The translations under genes and the position numbers were made by a program. The notes below the pieces were generated by a model. That model was given only the letters and a program-made list of their open reading frames with translations. It was not told where the DNA came from and did no database searches. Positions 26,335 to 37,069 of a stretch of 64,000 nt of DNA are shown piece by piece. Numbering within the stretch: position 1 is the stretch's first letter; each line of letters opens with the position of its first letter. Origin of the DNA: Psilocybe cubensis (Eukaryota); contig CM039009.1 in assembly GCA_017499595.2 (NCBI GenBank), positions 1,240,001 to 1,304,000 on the forward strand, in the 5' to 3' direction.

Positions 26335-27696
26335 ACCTCCATTTCTTCCTCGCTTTCTTCTGCGCCTCGGTCATCCACAGCGGCGACTGCCTCCGTGATG
26401 ACGGTGAGGGTGACGATACGGATGCAGATGCAGATGCTCGCGCCATGTACACCCGCGTTGCACGCAGTGTGCGCTTTACTTTACTTTGCCGTCTCATTAT
26501 CGGCGGGCCTGGATGAGTGAGTGAGGTGTGAGTGAGGGGGTGGGAGTGTGGTTGATGATTGATGAGTGAAATGTGGTAGTCGGTTAGCTAGTCATAGAAA
26601 TAGGAAGCTTACAGTATGATGATCCTCACCGTAGAGCGACTCAAGCTCAGAATCCGAATTATCCGAGCCATCGTCATCGTCATCCGAGTCATCGTTGTCC
26701 GAGTCGTCCGAGTCATCGTCGTCCCAGCCGTTATCATTCGAATCATCGTCAGAAGACGTGCCTTCAGCTTCAGATTCTTCAGATTCTCTCGCGGACTCGG
26801 AAGTGTCAATGTCCATGAGCGGAAGCGGAAGAGAGCCGCGAAACGGAGCTGGAACTGTGTCGGCAGCTGTGTTGTCCGAGTCAGGGTCCGGGTCAGAGAG
26901 AAGGTAGTACATGTCGTCGTGGATGTAAAGAGCGAACATCGCGTTTGCGACCGCGTCTTCGTCTTCGTCTTTATCTTCGGCCTTGTCCTTGTCCTTGTCC
27001 TCATGTTTATTTTTATCTTTATTCTTGTCTTTATCTTTATCTTTATCTTTATCTATAAATTCAAAGTTCAAAGTTCAAAGTTCAAAGTTGCCCTCAACAT
27101 CGAGGAATCAAATAATAAAATAGGACACACCTATTCGCTTGTTCGCATTCACCTTGGGCGCCTTGGGTGCAGTTGAAGCCCTGGGTATTTCGACTCGGAC
27201 CTCGACGTTCTCCTCCGTCATAATACCTATATATGTCGCATCGCCGAGGTCAAGTTCGTCTACATCCCCTTCAACCACCGGCTTATCGTCTGCTGAGAGA
27301 TGAGGTTTGAGGAGCGGGTACTTTTAGGGGGAGAATGTGGATATGAGGTGCGCACCGGGGGATGCTTGGAGGTGCGGGGTGTTATCAATGTCAATGTCAA
27401 GTTCGTTCAAGAATTTCAAGTATTCGTCCTCTGGATTTGTTACAGTGATTGTGCAATGCGGATAACATACCATATCATACCCATACCCGTACCATAATAG
27501 CATAACATCCACCGAGACAATTGAAATCCAAAAAAAGAAGTACAAAAGAATACACTTCCATCAGTTCCGTTGTACAAGTGATAACCAAACTCCTGCCTTT
27601 TGAGCTGCGACACACACCTAACTCTGGCTCTGGCTCGTACTCGGATTCGTAGTCGCTGCCAGTGCCAATCGAGTCGTCGAGATCGAACAGTGACAT
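26335..27696 (-). CDS. Putative multi-exon acidic low-complexity protein, unknown function
   Basis: MSLFDLDDSIG... start. Candidate exons EDEYLKFLNELD..., DDKPVVEGDVDELDLGDATYIG..., DKDKDK...ESLYGEDHHT are separated by GT-AG introns. The 3' end is ambiguous. Confidence 0.4.
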
Positions 27697-28247
27697 CACT
27701 GATCAGTGATCACTAGCAGCAGCAGTAGTAGTAGTAGTAATAGTAATAGTAGGAGAGCAGCAGAGAGCAGTCAGCAGAAAGTGAAAGTCCGTTCGCTAGA
27801 AATCAGGATACCACGGCACCCTGAACGATTGAAAATTCCAAGACTTGAACACAGCTATGAATTATTTGATGTCGATTTTAGCGATCGACCTAGGGCTAGT
27901 ATGTAGTCTCTAGTCTCGTCGCTCGAGGACCGAGGTAGCCACCTTGGAGCAGCAGACAGCCTGAGGCGCGGAAACGAAGCAAACCGGAAGCCCCTAACTA
28001 AAATAAAGGTTGTTAAATGCCGGTTATGCGGAGATTGAATATATTGAAATTTATTATGTAATATTATTAGTTTATTTTTGAGCCTAGGGGCTCTCAAACT
28101 TCTCAATTCGCCCACAAGTGCTTACTGCTCAGTTGGCTGTTCTGGTATTTATTTGTATTGTGCTGGGGCAACTATGATTGAGCTGACGGCGTAAGAACAC
28201 ACGCTGGTGAAGAGCAACTTCATGGCGGTCGCGTCGCGTCGCAGGTG

Positions 28248-29762
28248 CCCGCATCAGGAAAACAGGCGAGGAATAGAACAAATAGAACTAGCAAAAATAT
28301 TTAATTATATTTAATATATTGATTCTATTTGTTTATTTGTCGAAATAGATCTAAGCCCTCTGATCGGATTGCAAATCGACGTTTAGAAATATATGCCATG
28401 TCGGAAACTATTTCAACTGGTAGAAACGGCACTACAGGTATTTCTAGCATGCACTTATAGAGGAAGTAGAATTTGAGATATAATCAAATAGAACATTGCT
28501 TGAATTGAATAGATTTTTACATTTTTTAAGCTTCACCCAAATAGTAGAGATAGAAAATTTATATTTTGGTTAATATGTACTCAAAAACATTCATGTACTA
28601 TGAGAATATCCTAAGAAAAAGCTACTATTCCTGGTTTCCTGGAAGGGTGGCATGAATTGACAACGCGCGAGGATAGCTAGAAAGCTAATCAGGTTTTGCT
28701 GAAGCTACAATAGTACATGTCAGCGAGCAATATCAACAAGAACAATAACACTCACAGCCTAGCAGACGGCGGCGGTGTTGTCTGTAGTTGTAGGAGTGGG
28801 GTAGTTAGGAAGGTGGAAGGAATGCACGTACCTCACTCAAAGCCGAGCAGAGATGGCGGTGGTGCGATCTGTAATTGTAGGAGTAGGGTGGTAAGTTAAG
28901 GGAGGTGGAGAATGCACGTACCTCACTCGCAGCCGAGCAGAGACGGCGGTGGTGTCATCTGTAGTTGTAGGAGTAGGGTGGCAAGTTGAGGGAGGTGGAA
29001 GGAATGCACGTACCTTGTTGGCCTCCCCTCACGACTCTCACGCGCCCTTTGTCATGTTTACAGCTGCGGTGAACACATCGTGTTGTTGCATCAGGCGTCG
29101 TCCGAGTCGTGTCTTCATTGCGTTGCGACGGTTGTGCATACGTAGGAGATGGTGGTAAGTTGGGACTTGTGTTGAACGTGAAAAACGCGGGATGGCTTGT
29201 AAGTCGGAGTTTGAACATTTGATCGAAAAATTAAATCGGATCACTTGTCGGGTGAATAAATATTTCGGCCGCGCCAAGTCCGCGGAGAGATGAATCCGAC
29301 AAGTGCTCCTCCAACGGAGGAGCAATCCATACCCGCTGCGCTTTGTCGGGGTCATTTTGCTGTATCCGTAGTTGAATCTGGTTTCGCATTCAAGTTGGTG
29401 ATGAGTCGTTTATCGGCTTGATTTTGTGTCGTGACCGCGTTGTCGGGATAATTTGGGTGTTAAACATTTAATAGTTTGTGTCACCTTTGTGGTGTGGCGG
29501 TTATGTCTGACAGTTGTAATGACCTTTTTTGTAAGGTTACGCGTTCGATCCTGCACGAGCGTCGTTTTTCTGGACTTGATAGAAATATAACTCACCCCTG
29601 TAAAACATGGAAAAAAATTCGTTGAATAGGATTTGATAGGAAATTTTCATGTAGTTGATAACATTTAGAGAAAAATTGTTAGATAGAAAATGGTACATTA
29701 TGTGGACTATCCCTTCTATATCTTATATCTCTTCTAATCCTCGCCTGTTTTCCTGATGCGGG
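28248..29762. mobile_element. 1515-bp non-autonomous DNA transposon with TIRs (possibly CMC/EnSpm-like)
   Basis: Left TIR CCCGCATCAGGAAAACAGGCGAGGAATAGAA (28248-28278) matches the reverse complement of 29732-29762 at 30/31. GTG flanks both sides (28245-28247, 29763-29765). AT-rich subterminal zones contain many TAGA(A) motifs. No transposase ORF. Confidence 0.9.
28751..29013. repeat. Three ~80-92 bp tandem direct repeats inside the transposon
   Basis: Unit CTCAC...GCCGAGCAGAGAYGGCGGTGGTG..ATCTGTARTTGTAGGAGTRGGGT...GGTGGA..AATGCACGTAC ends at 28831, 28921 and 29013. Confidence 0.92.
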
Positions 29763-29951
29763 GTGAACGCGCGCCTGGCGCGGTCCAGCTGACAGACACC
29801 AGTGAGTATGATTAAATCCCTGGTATATGCATAAAGCGTGTTACTTAAATGATGTGAGAGCTGAATACTGCTGCGCAGTGGATGAATTTTTCTTTCTTTC
29901 TTTCTCCTTCAGCTGTTCGACTCTAGATTTAATTTGACTGGGACAACCAAG

Positions 29952-31253
29952 TCACTCGTTTCTACTCTTGATTGCATTCTGCAAAGAAAGCAAAGCCAAC
30001 TTGTCCGCCTTCTTAATCTCTTCTTCCGACATATTGGTATCGGCAAAGTTAGGTTCGTTAGTCGCGTTCGCGTTGATGTAGTGTCCTCCAGGTTCCTCCA
30101 TCGACATTGTAGCATATCCATTCCCATTACTAAGTTGAAAATCAAATGACCTCAACTTCCCCAAATTCCTTTCAAACTCCCTGAAAATCTCCGCCCACGA
30201 GCGAAATTCGGCCATTATATCGATGAAGCAATCAGACAGCAACAAATGCTGAAGCGTGTTGTGATGCAGAATGATGAACGTTTCCAGACAGCATGTCCGG
30301 AGCACGACATCGCCGTCAAGATACGAGTAGGCAAATAGGAAACCGTTAAGAGACAGATTCTGTAGTCTAGGGAAAATGTTGACGCTCCCCCATGTGTTGT
30401 AGGCGTCGGCATCGCTTGTCAGGCTCAATGAGGTCAAATTGCAAGCGGCGTCGAGGAGAAGATCAAATTCTCTCCAGAACGGGATGAATTGAGGGTCATG
30501 CTCCCGTGGCGGATGTTGGAACAGTTCCTCGAGCCTAAGGTCGGGGACGATCTGGATATCGACCTTAAAATTCGTGAGAGACGCTAGAAATGGCCTTAGT
30601 TTGTCGATATCGAAATGTACACTCCAGAATGACATGAGATTATGGATGACTATAGTGTTCATAGTAGGCGGGATAAGATCTGGGTTGCATCGGCCTAGCA
30701 TATGAAAAAATCGTTCCTGCTGATGCAGAGCAAGATTAGAAGCAGTGATATCAGATTCAAAGGCCGACCGGGACCCCTGGTCGTTTCTACCCGGTGGAGT
30801 GAAATTATTTTCAAACTCCCAAAAGTCCGGGAATGAGAATATCAAGGTAGTGAGGTTGTGGAATTTGGGAATGTAAAGGGCCATCCCCACGCGAAATGGG
30901 TCATCACTACTAGGTTGATCTAGAGGAACCATCTTGAGTGGAAACTCGACTTCTTCGAGAACGACTTCAGAAACAAGTTTTGCCAAGGGAGAATCGGAAA
31001 TTCTTGCAATCCCCGCGAGACTTTCAGGCGCTCGAGATAGAGTCAACCGTCGAAACCCTAACGGGCTGGCGACCTGCATAAACATCTTCGATATCAGACG
31101 GCTGTTCAGCAGGTCTGTCTTTTCATACAGTTCGCTTAGAATCAGATAAACTATTTCTGCAGGAATTCGAAGAGAAAGTGGGTCTGGGTCTGTTGAGTTA
31201 CAAATCCTGATCAGTCCGAAATCTCTCGGTGAGGTACAAATCGTCTTACCCAT
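29952..31253 (-). CDS. F-box-like / LRR-like protein (family A)
   Basis: RIPAEIVYLILSEL...SRLISK motif. Shares LE(T/S)FI.RH..L..L.L.DC.ID with the 45956 and 47792 genes. Probable in-frame 60-nt intron right after ATG G. Confidence 0.75.
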   Translation of the reverse strand: MGKTICTSPRDFGLIRICNSTDPDPLSLRIPAEIVYLILSELYEKTDLLNSRLISKMFMQVASPLGFRRLTLSRAPESLAGIARISDSPLAKLVSEVVLEEVEFPLKMVPLDQPSSDDPFRVGMALYIPKFHNLTTLIFSFPDFWEFENNFTPPGRNDQGSRSAFESDITASNLALHQQERFFHMLGRCNPDLIPPTMNTIVIHNLMSFWSVHFDIDKLRPFLASLTNFKVDIQIVPDLRLEELFQHPPREHDPQFIPFWREFDLLLDAACNLTSLSLTSDADAYNTWGSVNIFPRLQNLSLNGFLFAYSYLDGDVVLRTCCLETFIILHHNTLQHLLLSDCFIDIMAEFRSWAEIFREFERNLGKLRSFDFQLSNGNGYATMSMEEPGGHYINANATNEPNFADTNMSEEEIKKADKLALLSLQNAIKSRNE

Positions 31254-31687
31254 TATTGTTACTAGCTCAAAGTATGACTAGAGTCAACCGATCTCGCAGA
31301 TCTAACAGATTCTTCGGGGTGAGGGTTACGGTCGTTCCAGGGTCGTTAGGGCCAGTTAGTGGCAATAGTGTAGTAAAAAAAGAACCCCCGCTTTACATTG
31401 ATTTTCAAACCCCGAACTACAGTGCAGAAACCTGCCAAGTTGACGAACAAGTAATGAACGTTGAACAACTATAGAAACAGCCAGATTATGGCTACAAACT
31501 TGTCCTGATATCAACCTACTAAACTTACATCCTAAGATAATTAGAAGTTTTGGTTTATGGATTAATACACTTTTTCCCTTAACCACCGTCTCTCATAGTC
31601 CTTCAGTAATAGCTAGAATTTCCAGTCGACCTCTCGGACTCAATATTTAACATCGGTAAGCGCTCATAGTCATTTCCAAGGCAAGGT

Positions 31688-32101
31688 TCAGGCCTTCTTG
31701 ATGTGTACGTGCGATATCCCGCTCGTCCTGCACTCGACCCTAATCGTCGTAACAGCATCGCCCAGCGCAGCACCCCGCTCAACCGTGACGAGCAAGCCAT
31801 GCGTCGACACTCGCCCCGATCCCTCCTCCTGATGATCGCCATGGTCTTCTAAAGACCCAATATGATAGGGCCCGCGCATGCCAGTTGGGTACACCCAAAA
31901 AACGAGTCCAATCGTCGTCCGCCCGGCGCTGTCGACGCGGCCTTGATTCCGGATATAACGCTCGACGGCTCCAAAGTCTTCTGCCGTGGATATCTCGTCG
32001 AATGCGTCGGTAGCGAGAAGAGAGGCGATGAGTGGGTTGTTCTCATCCGTAAAGCTGCCCGAATCGTACGAACGGGCAACTGAGTATGGGTATGAAGACA
32101 T
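31688..32101 (-). CDS. Small intronless hypothetical protein (137 aa)
   Basis: ATG-initiated ORF of normal complexity, with TATAAAAA on the - strand about 155 nt upstream. No recognised domain. Confidence 0.5.
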   Translation of the reverse strand: MSSYPYSVARSYDSGSFTDENNPLIASLLATDAFDEISTAEDFGAVERYIRNQGRVDSAGRTTIGLVFWVYPTGMRGPYHIGSLEDHGDHQEEGSGRVSTHGLLVTVERGAALGDAVTTIRVECRTSGISHVHIKKA

Positions 32102-32556
32102 GACGGAACTGGTACAAGTTCAGGATATTATTGATTCGTCTGATTTGAGTTGGTGGATAACGATTAATGGAAACTATACTTGATGATTGCTCGATAAAAA
32201 GTATTGTGTAGTGGGCGGGATATAGATAGGGGCTGCGTCGCGTTTTTCGGGCCTTTTTATACGATACTGCGATGGAGCTGTCGAAGGGCCGATGGACAGG
32301 TTCTACCTGGAAGCTGAGTCAGAGCTAGTGCATAGCTTGATTACATCGCTCAGTTCCGGGTGCTATGACGCGATAGAATGACTCCGCAGACACTTAAACC
32401 ATACTTTAGGCCTGGTACCGCTCTTTCTACAGGCCTAACTGGAGAACCTAACCAGAATGCGTATAGTGGATTCTACTAGTAGTCGCCAACGTCATAAACA
32501 GAGGAACGTGTGCGTCATGAGGGTTCATTAATTACAAAATACAGAAACGAAGATGA

Positions 32557-34212
32557 TCAGGCAAAAGTGGGAACAGGCCGGCAAAGGCAATCATATCGAA
32601 GTCCAAATAGCACGCTATTACTGGTCGACAGGCTTGGTTTCACAGCCTCCATGATGGGAAGATTAGGATGCGGATAATGACAGTATGGCGAAGATGAAGA
32701 TGAGGATGTAATGCGCAGGAACTTCAATGCCAATGTCGGATATTTACGCTCTCGAATCCTTTGGCAAAGAAGGTGCTATCGAATAGTCTGTTACACATCG
32801 CTAGTAATATGAAAGGGTAGACTGAAACGTACCTGCTCTGGAGCTTCATTTTCAAGATTTTCGGTAGCAGAAGCGATGAAAAGTTCCAATGAAGCCAGCT
32901 TTGGTAAATTTTGGGCGAGAAGATCCAACAATTTGGGGGTCAGAATGTCTATTTGTAGTGTCAAAGACTCCATTTGACACAATCCATTAGGCCTAGGAAG
33001 GCAAACAAAGAGGTCCATAACATTATCGAAGTTAAGTTCTATGTTCTTGATAGATAATGCAGTCAAATTTGGGCAAATATGCTGTAGATTGGGGAACAAC
33101 GATGAAGAACGATGGGATCCGTAAGCCATATGGTACTGGTAAGCAAGTTCCAGAGTGTGCAGCTTTGGTAGAGGTTGAAGAGGAAAGCCGCCATCGTCGC
33201 TAAGCCACCGTAGAAATAAACGACTGCTGAGATCAGAATTGGCTTCCCGAGTTGCAGGATCGATGATGAGGTGCTCTAGAGTTTTAGAATGCCTAGCGAT
33301 AAACTGCTGGAGTGGTACAATCTCTTTTATGTCACGCTCTACATTGAATGTTGAATGTAGTTCCAGTTTCTTTAGTTGTTCGAAAGTCCCTGATGCTGTG
33401 AACACTGAGATAATATGAGGGATCAGGTATCCAGACACTGTAAAGGACACCAGTGACCGTTCCAGGGCAGATAGGAAAGATGCGATATGGTGGTAGTTAC
33501 GACTTTCATTACTGAGGTATAGTATATGGCGGAAGCTCAGGTCGAGTTCCTCGATGTTGATCACAGGAGGGGGCGATAAGCCATGTACCGAGAACATTTC
33601 GAAGACAGTAGATATCGGTAAGTCCGAAGCCTGCATAGATAGTCGTCGGATCCTCGGTCCAATGGATTCGCGGTGCCAAAGAGATCTGAGGAATGGCTTG
33701 AAATAGGGTTTCAATGGCTCTAACAAGGAACCGCTGAAATCCATCTTGAGGTCCTGAAGGTTGAAGCATGACTGCAGATTATACCGAGCGATCGACAATA
33801 GTCGAGCATAGGAATCCTTTCCTTCATTAGAACCAGTGTGTTTAGGAAAGGGTGTACGATGTGAATCGCTATCTGAGCCGATGCAAGGTTGAGGAATCGG
33901 AAGAGCCTTTTTTCGTGGGTTGTCGGGTCGGACAAATATTACCAATCGTCGAACTCGTCTAGAAATATTGGGGTATCTGGATACGATTTTTTGGTACAAT
34001 ATATTGTTTAAACTTTGATATGATACGTACTGGAGCTGAAAAATTGCAAACCGCGCTTTATCATCATCGGCGCACAGGATAATTTCTTCATAGATGTCGT
34101 CCATAGCTAGTTCGAAAAGTGCACGGCTAACCCCAATCATCTTCCTTCTAAATCCTCGAGGCAAATGTGAAAGAACCTCGATCCACAGCTCGATGGGTAG
34201 AAGGTCGGACAT
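32557..34212 (-). CDS. F-box-like / LRR-like protein (family B), 3 exons
   Basis: MSDLLPIELWIEVLSHLPR... N-terminus. In-frame intron near 33979-34030 and intron 32776-32832. Last exon HLLCQRIRERKYP...PHPNLPIME...CLCRPVPTFA*. Confidence 0.8.
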
Positions 34213-34880
34213 TGTGGCAGTAGACGTCGTGTCGGGAGTGCGTGATAGTGAGTCAACTATTGTTCCTCCCGATTGCTCAGGTTCTTATATAGACCACCCA
34301 AGAGTTGATTATCTATGGTCCAGGCCACATAGGCGTCATAGGCACCTCATTTGTTTTCCACGTTAAAACGTACCTGTGAACAAAGAAAGGCTTTGAACGT
34401 CGATCTCCTGTCTTTGAACCAAGTGGTGCACCGAATCGGAGGCCAGGTAGGTTCATTAAGCAGCCCAGCCGCCCCTGCCGCATGGAACCATAAGAAACGG
34501 CATTTTTATACCTGACGGTTCACGGATTACTGCAGAGAATGGAAGGAAAAAACCCAGGGTACACGCGTTCGAGGTTCCAAGAACTTTCTGGTTCGGAAAA
34601 ATTGGTTGCGCTGAGAATTTGAGTGTCGGTCCTGTCGGAGAATGAAACCATAATTAGGGGCTTGATCTCGATTTGGACATTTGGTCGGCCCAACATCGAT
34701 GTGCACTGGTGAGGTTTTGTGACCGATACAATCTCAACTTCTCCGTATAAAGAGTAATATCAAGTTGGCTTGTTAAAAATTATTCAGAAGGGAATTCACT
34801 GTAGAAATCGCGATATAACGCTGATAGAATTTACGTCAAGGAAATAGTAGCGAAGTTGAAGTGTCTATAACTCGGAAATT

Positions 34881-36536
34881 TTATTGCTCATAACATTGAC
34901 ACTCGTAAGTCAGGTCAAGTATCGGAGGAGTCAGGAGCGTTCTAGCTAGGGACTCCATGGCCTGAATATTTGGATGGGGAATGCCGCAAGACGATGAAGA
35001 TACTATGCGTATATGACATAGTTTCCACGCGGGATATCTGCGTTCTTGAATGATTTTATAGAAAATATACTGTAATAAATGTCATACAATGCCATCTTGC
35101 TGAAGAAATAAACCACTTACCTGCTGCAAATCGCTCGGTAGTACGTATTGGGAAAGGCGTAACGTCAAGGAGGAGAGACCAGATAGTGCGGTACTAAGCA
35201 GGTCGACGAGTTCTGGGGATAGTATTTCTATGGAGATGCTAAGCGATTCTAGCAAATATGCTCCATCGTGACGAGGAAGAAGAGCCAGTAGCTCAGACAC
35301 TCGTTCAAAGGAAAGATCCGCCTGCCCGATGGTCAAAGCTGTCAACCTCGGTGCAATTAAACTAAGGTCAGGAAAAACAACTTCATGATAGGCAGGTCCA
35401 TTAATCCAGCGATCGTAATGGAGGAGCTCCATAGATGTCAGTTGAGAAAGAGTCCTTCCGGAGAATGATAGGTCTCTTTCATCACCTGTACCATTCAAGG
35501 TTAGCCAGCGGAAATATGCGTAATTGCCCATGTTTAAAGTGCCCACTCTCGGTTTTGGACTCAGAACCATTTTTTGAAGGGTGGGTGACTGAGCATCCAA
35601 AAACCGATTGAGATATTCCAATTGTTTCGTCCTCTGGACGTTGAAAGAGATGTAGGAATTGAAGAACGAAAGCCTAGGAAATTTCGGACAGACCTCCAGG
35701 ACATGCATTATATGTGGATCCATTAGGCCGGACAAAGTTAGTGATGTCAGATTATCCTTCAACCTATCGAGAAAACTCGGTAAAGAGGAGTTCTGCAGAG
35801 AGAGAAGATCGCGATTGGGGTTGATCGTCAAGTCAAGACTGTTGATGTTGGCATCAAAATTTGAGGGGAACTTGGAAGGAAGGATCAGCTGAGATAACGC
35901 AGATGAAGATGCGGTGATGGCTAGATTCCGAATCCGCTGGAGGATAGATCCTGGCTGCCAAAGGGATTGAAAGAATGTCTCTAGAGAAACGAGCATGGTA
36001 AAATGATTGTCATTTAAGATGATGTCAAGCTCCTTGATATTTGTGCAGTGTTGAATTGAGCGCCTGGCGGTGTTAAGGAGAATATCGGTTGAGGTTTGAG
36101 GTTCCGAATGAAGGTGATGGGTGGTAACGACACCGGACCTCCTGGAGTTGTGGAATAAACTAAATTCTTTTCTGGGTGTCGTTCGAGACTCTGTATCGGT
36201 GGCAGACGTAGGGTCCGGTAGCACAGCTGGAGCCTCGTAGTAAAGAAAGGACGGCTTTACAACTAAATGTTGAACACGATGTGCAATATTTAGGTTTCTA
36301 ATAATTTTTCAGTCAGTTAGCTCTGACACCAATAACATAAATCGAAATGCTCACTGTAGTCTGGTAAATGTGAACAAGGTACTCTCGTCATCATGTGAGA
36401 GTTCTATTTTTTGGTATATTACGTCGAGGGCGTACTCGTAAAGAGCACGATTTATTCCAATCAGTTTTCGGTGATGCTTTCGAGGAATGTAGGACAGGAT
36501 TTCCAGCCAGAGCTCAAACGGAAGCAAGTCCTCCAT
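34881..36536 (-). CDS. F-box-like / LRR-like protein (family B), tandem paralog, 3 exons
   Basis: MEDLLPFELWLEILSYIPR...; ORFs 36351..36536 and 35082..36224 are joined by an intron. Last exon IQERRYPAW...PHPNIQAME...ECQCYEQ*. Same intron positions as 32557..34212. Confidence 0.8.
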
Positions 36537-37069
36537 GATGCAGTTGATACAGAGGCTTAGTTGTGCAGGAGGTCTTTGACTGAGATGAAAGTCAAGCGAG
36601 AAACTCCGTTGATCTGTTGAAAAGGAAATCCAGTAGAAGGCTGTGCAGCCTGGACGATAGGGTTCAACGTTCTGAGTTCGATTCGATCTAGAGGTGTCGA
36701 GGAGAACCGAAATCGAGATCTAAATTTATCCGCTGGTGCCGCTGGCAGTTTTTTCAATCCCCGGGTCACCATTCATATTTAGCGGCCACCCGGGTACAAA
36801 AATGGCCTGTCATACTGCAGCGACGGTAGTGGACAACTGACCGGACGTTAAACGGTTTTGGACTAGTAATTACTTGATAGGTTGAGCTACTAAGTATTGA
36901 AAGGGCAGAATCTGTTCATAGAGGTAGTTTTAAGAACTTGAATTATTGAATTCCACATTCCCATGCCCCTCCCTAAACGTTCAGATGATCAAAGTCTACC
37001 CACACATTTCACAATTTCAGTAAAATATGCTATACACTGCAACATTGCATACGTATATCAACGTCAATC

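Larger units (their letters stand above)
12800..27800. repeat. Microsatellite-saturated, low-complexity island containing several genes
   Basis: Dozens of 2-7 bp tandem arrays (GAATGC, AGAATC, GACTTC, TTTCCG, GATATG, GATACC, CACTCA, TTTTCAC, TTTATC), poly-T/poly-A runs and inflated introns. These are essentially absent from the rest of the window. Confidence 0.9.
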
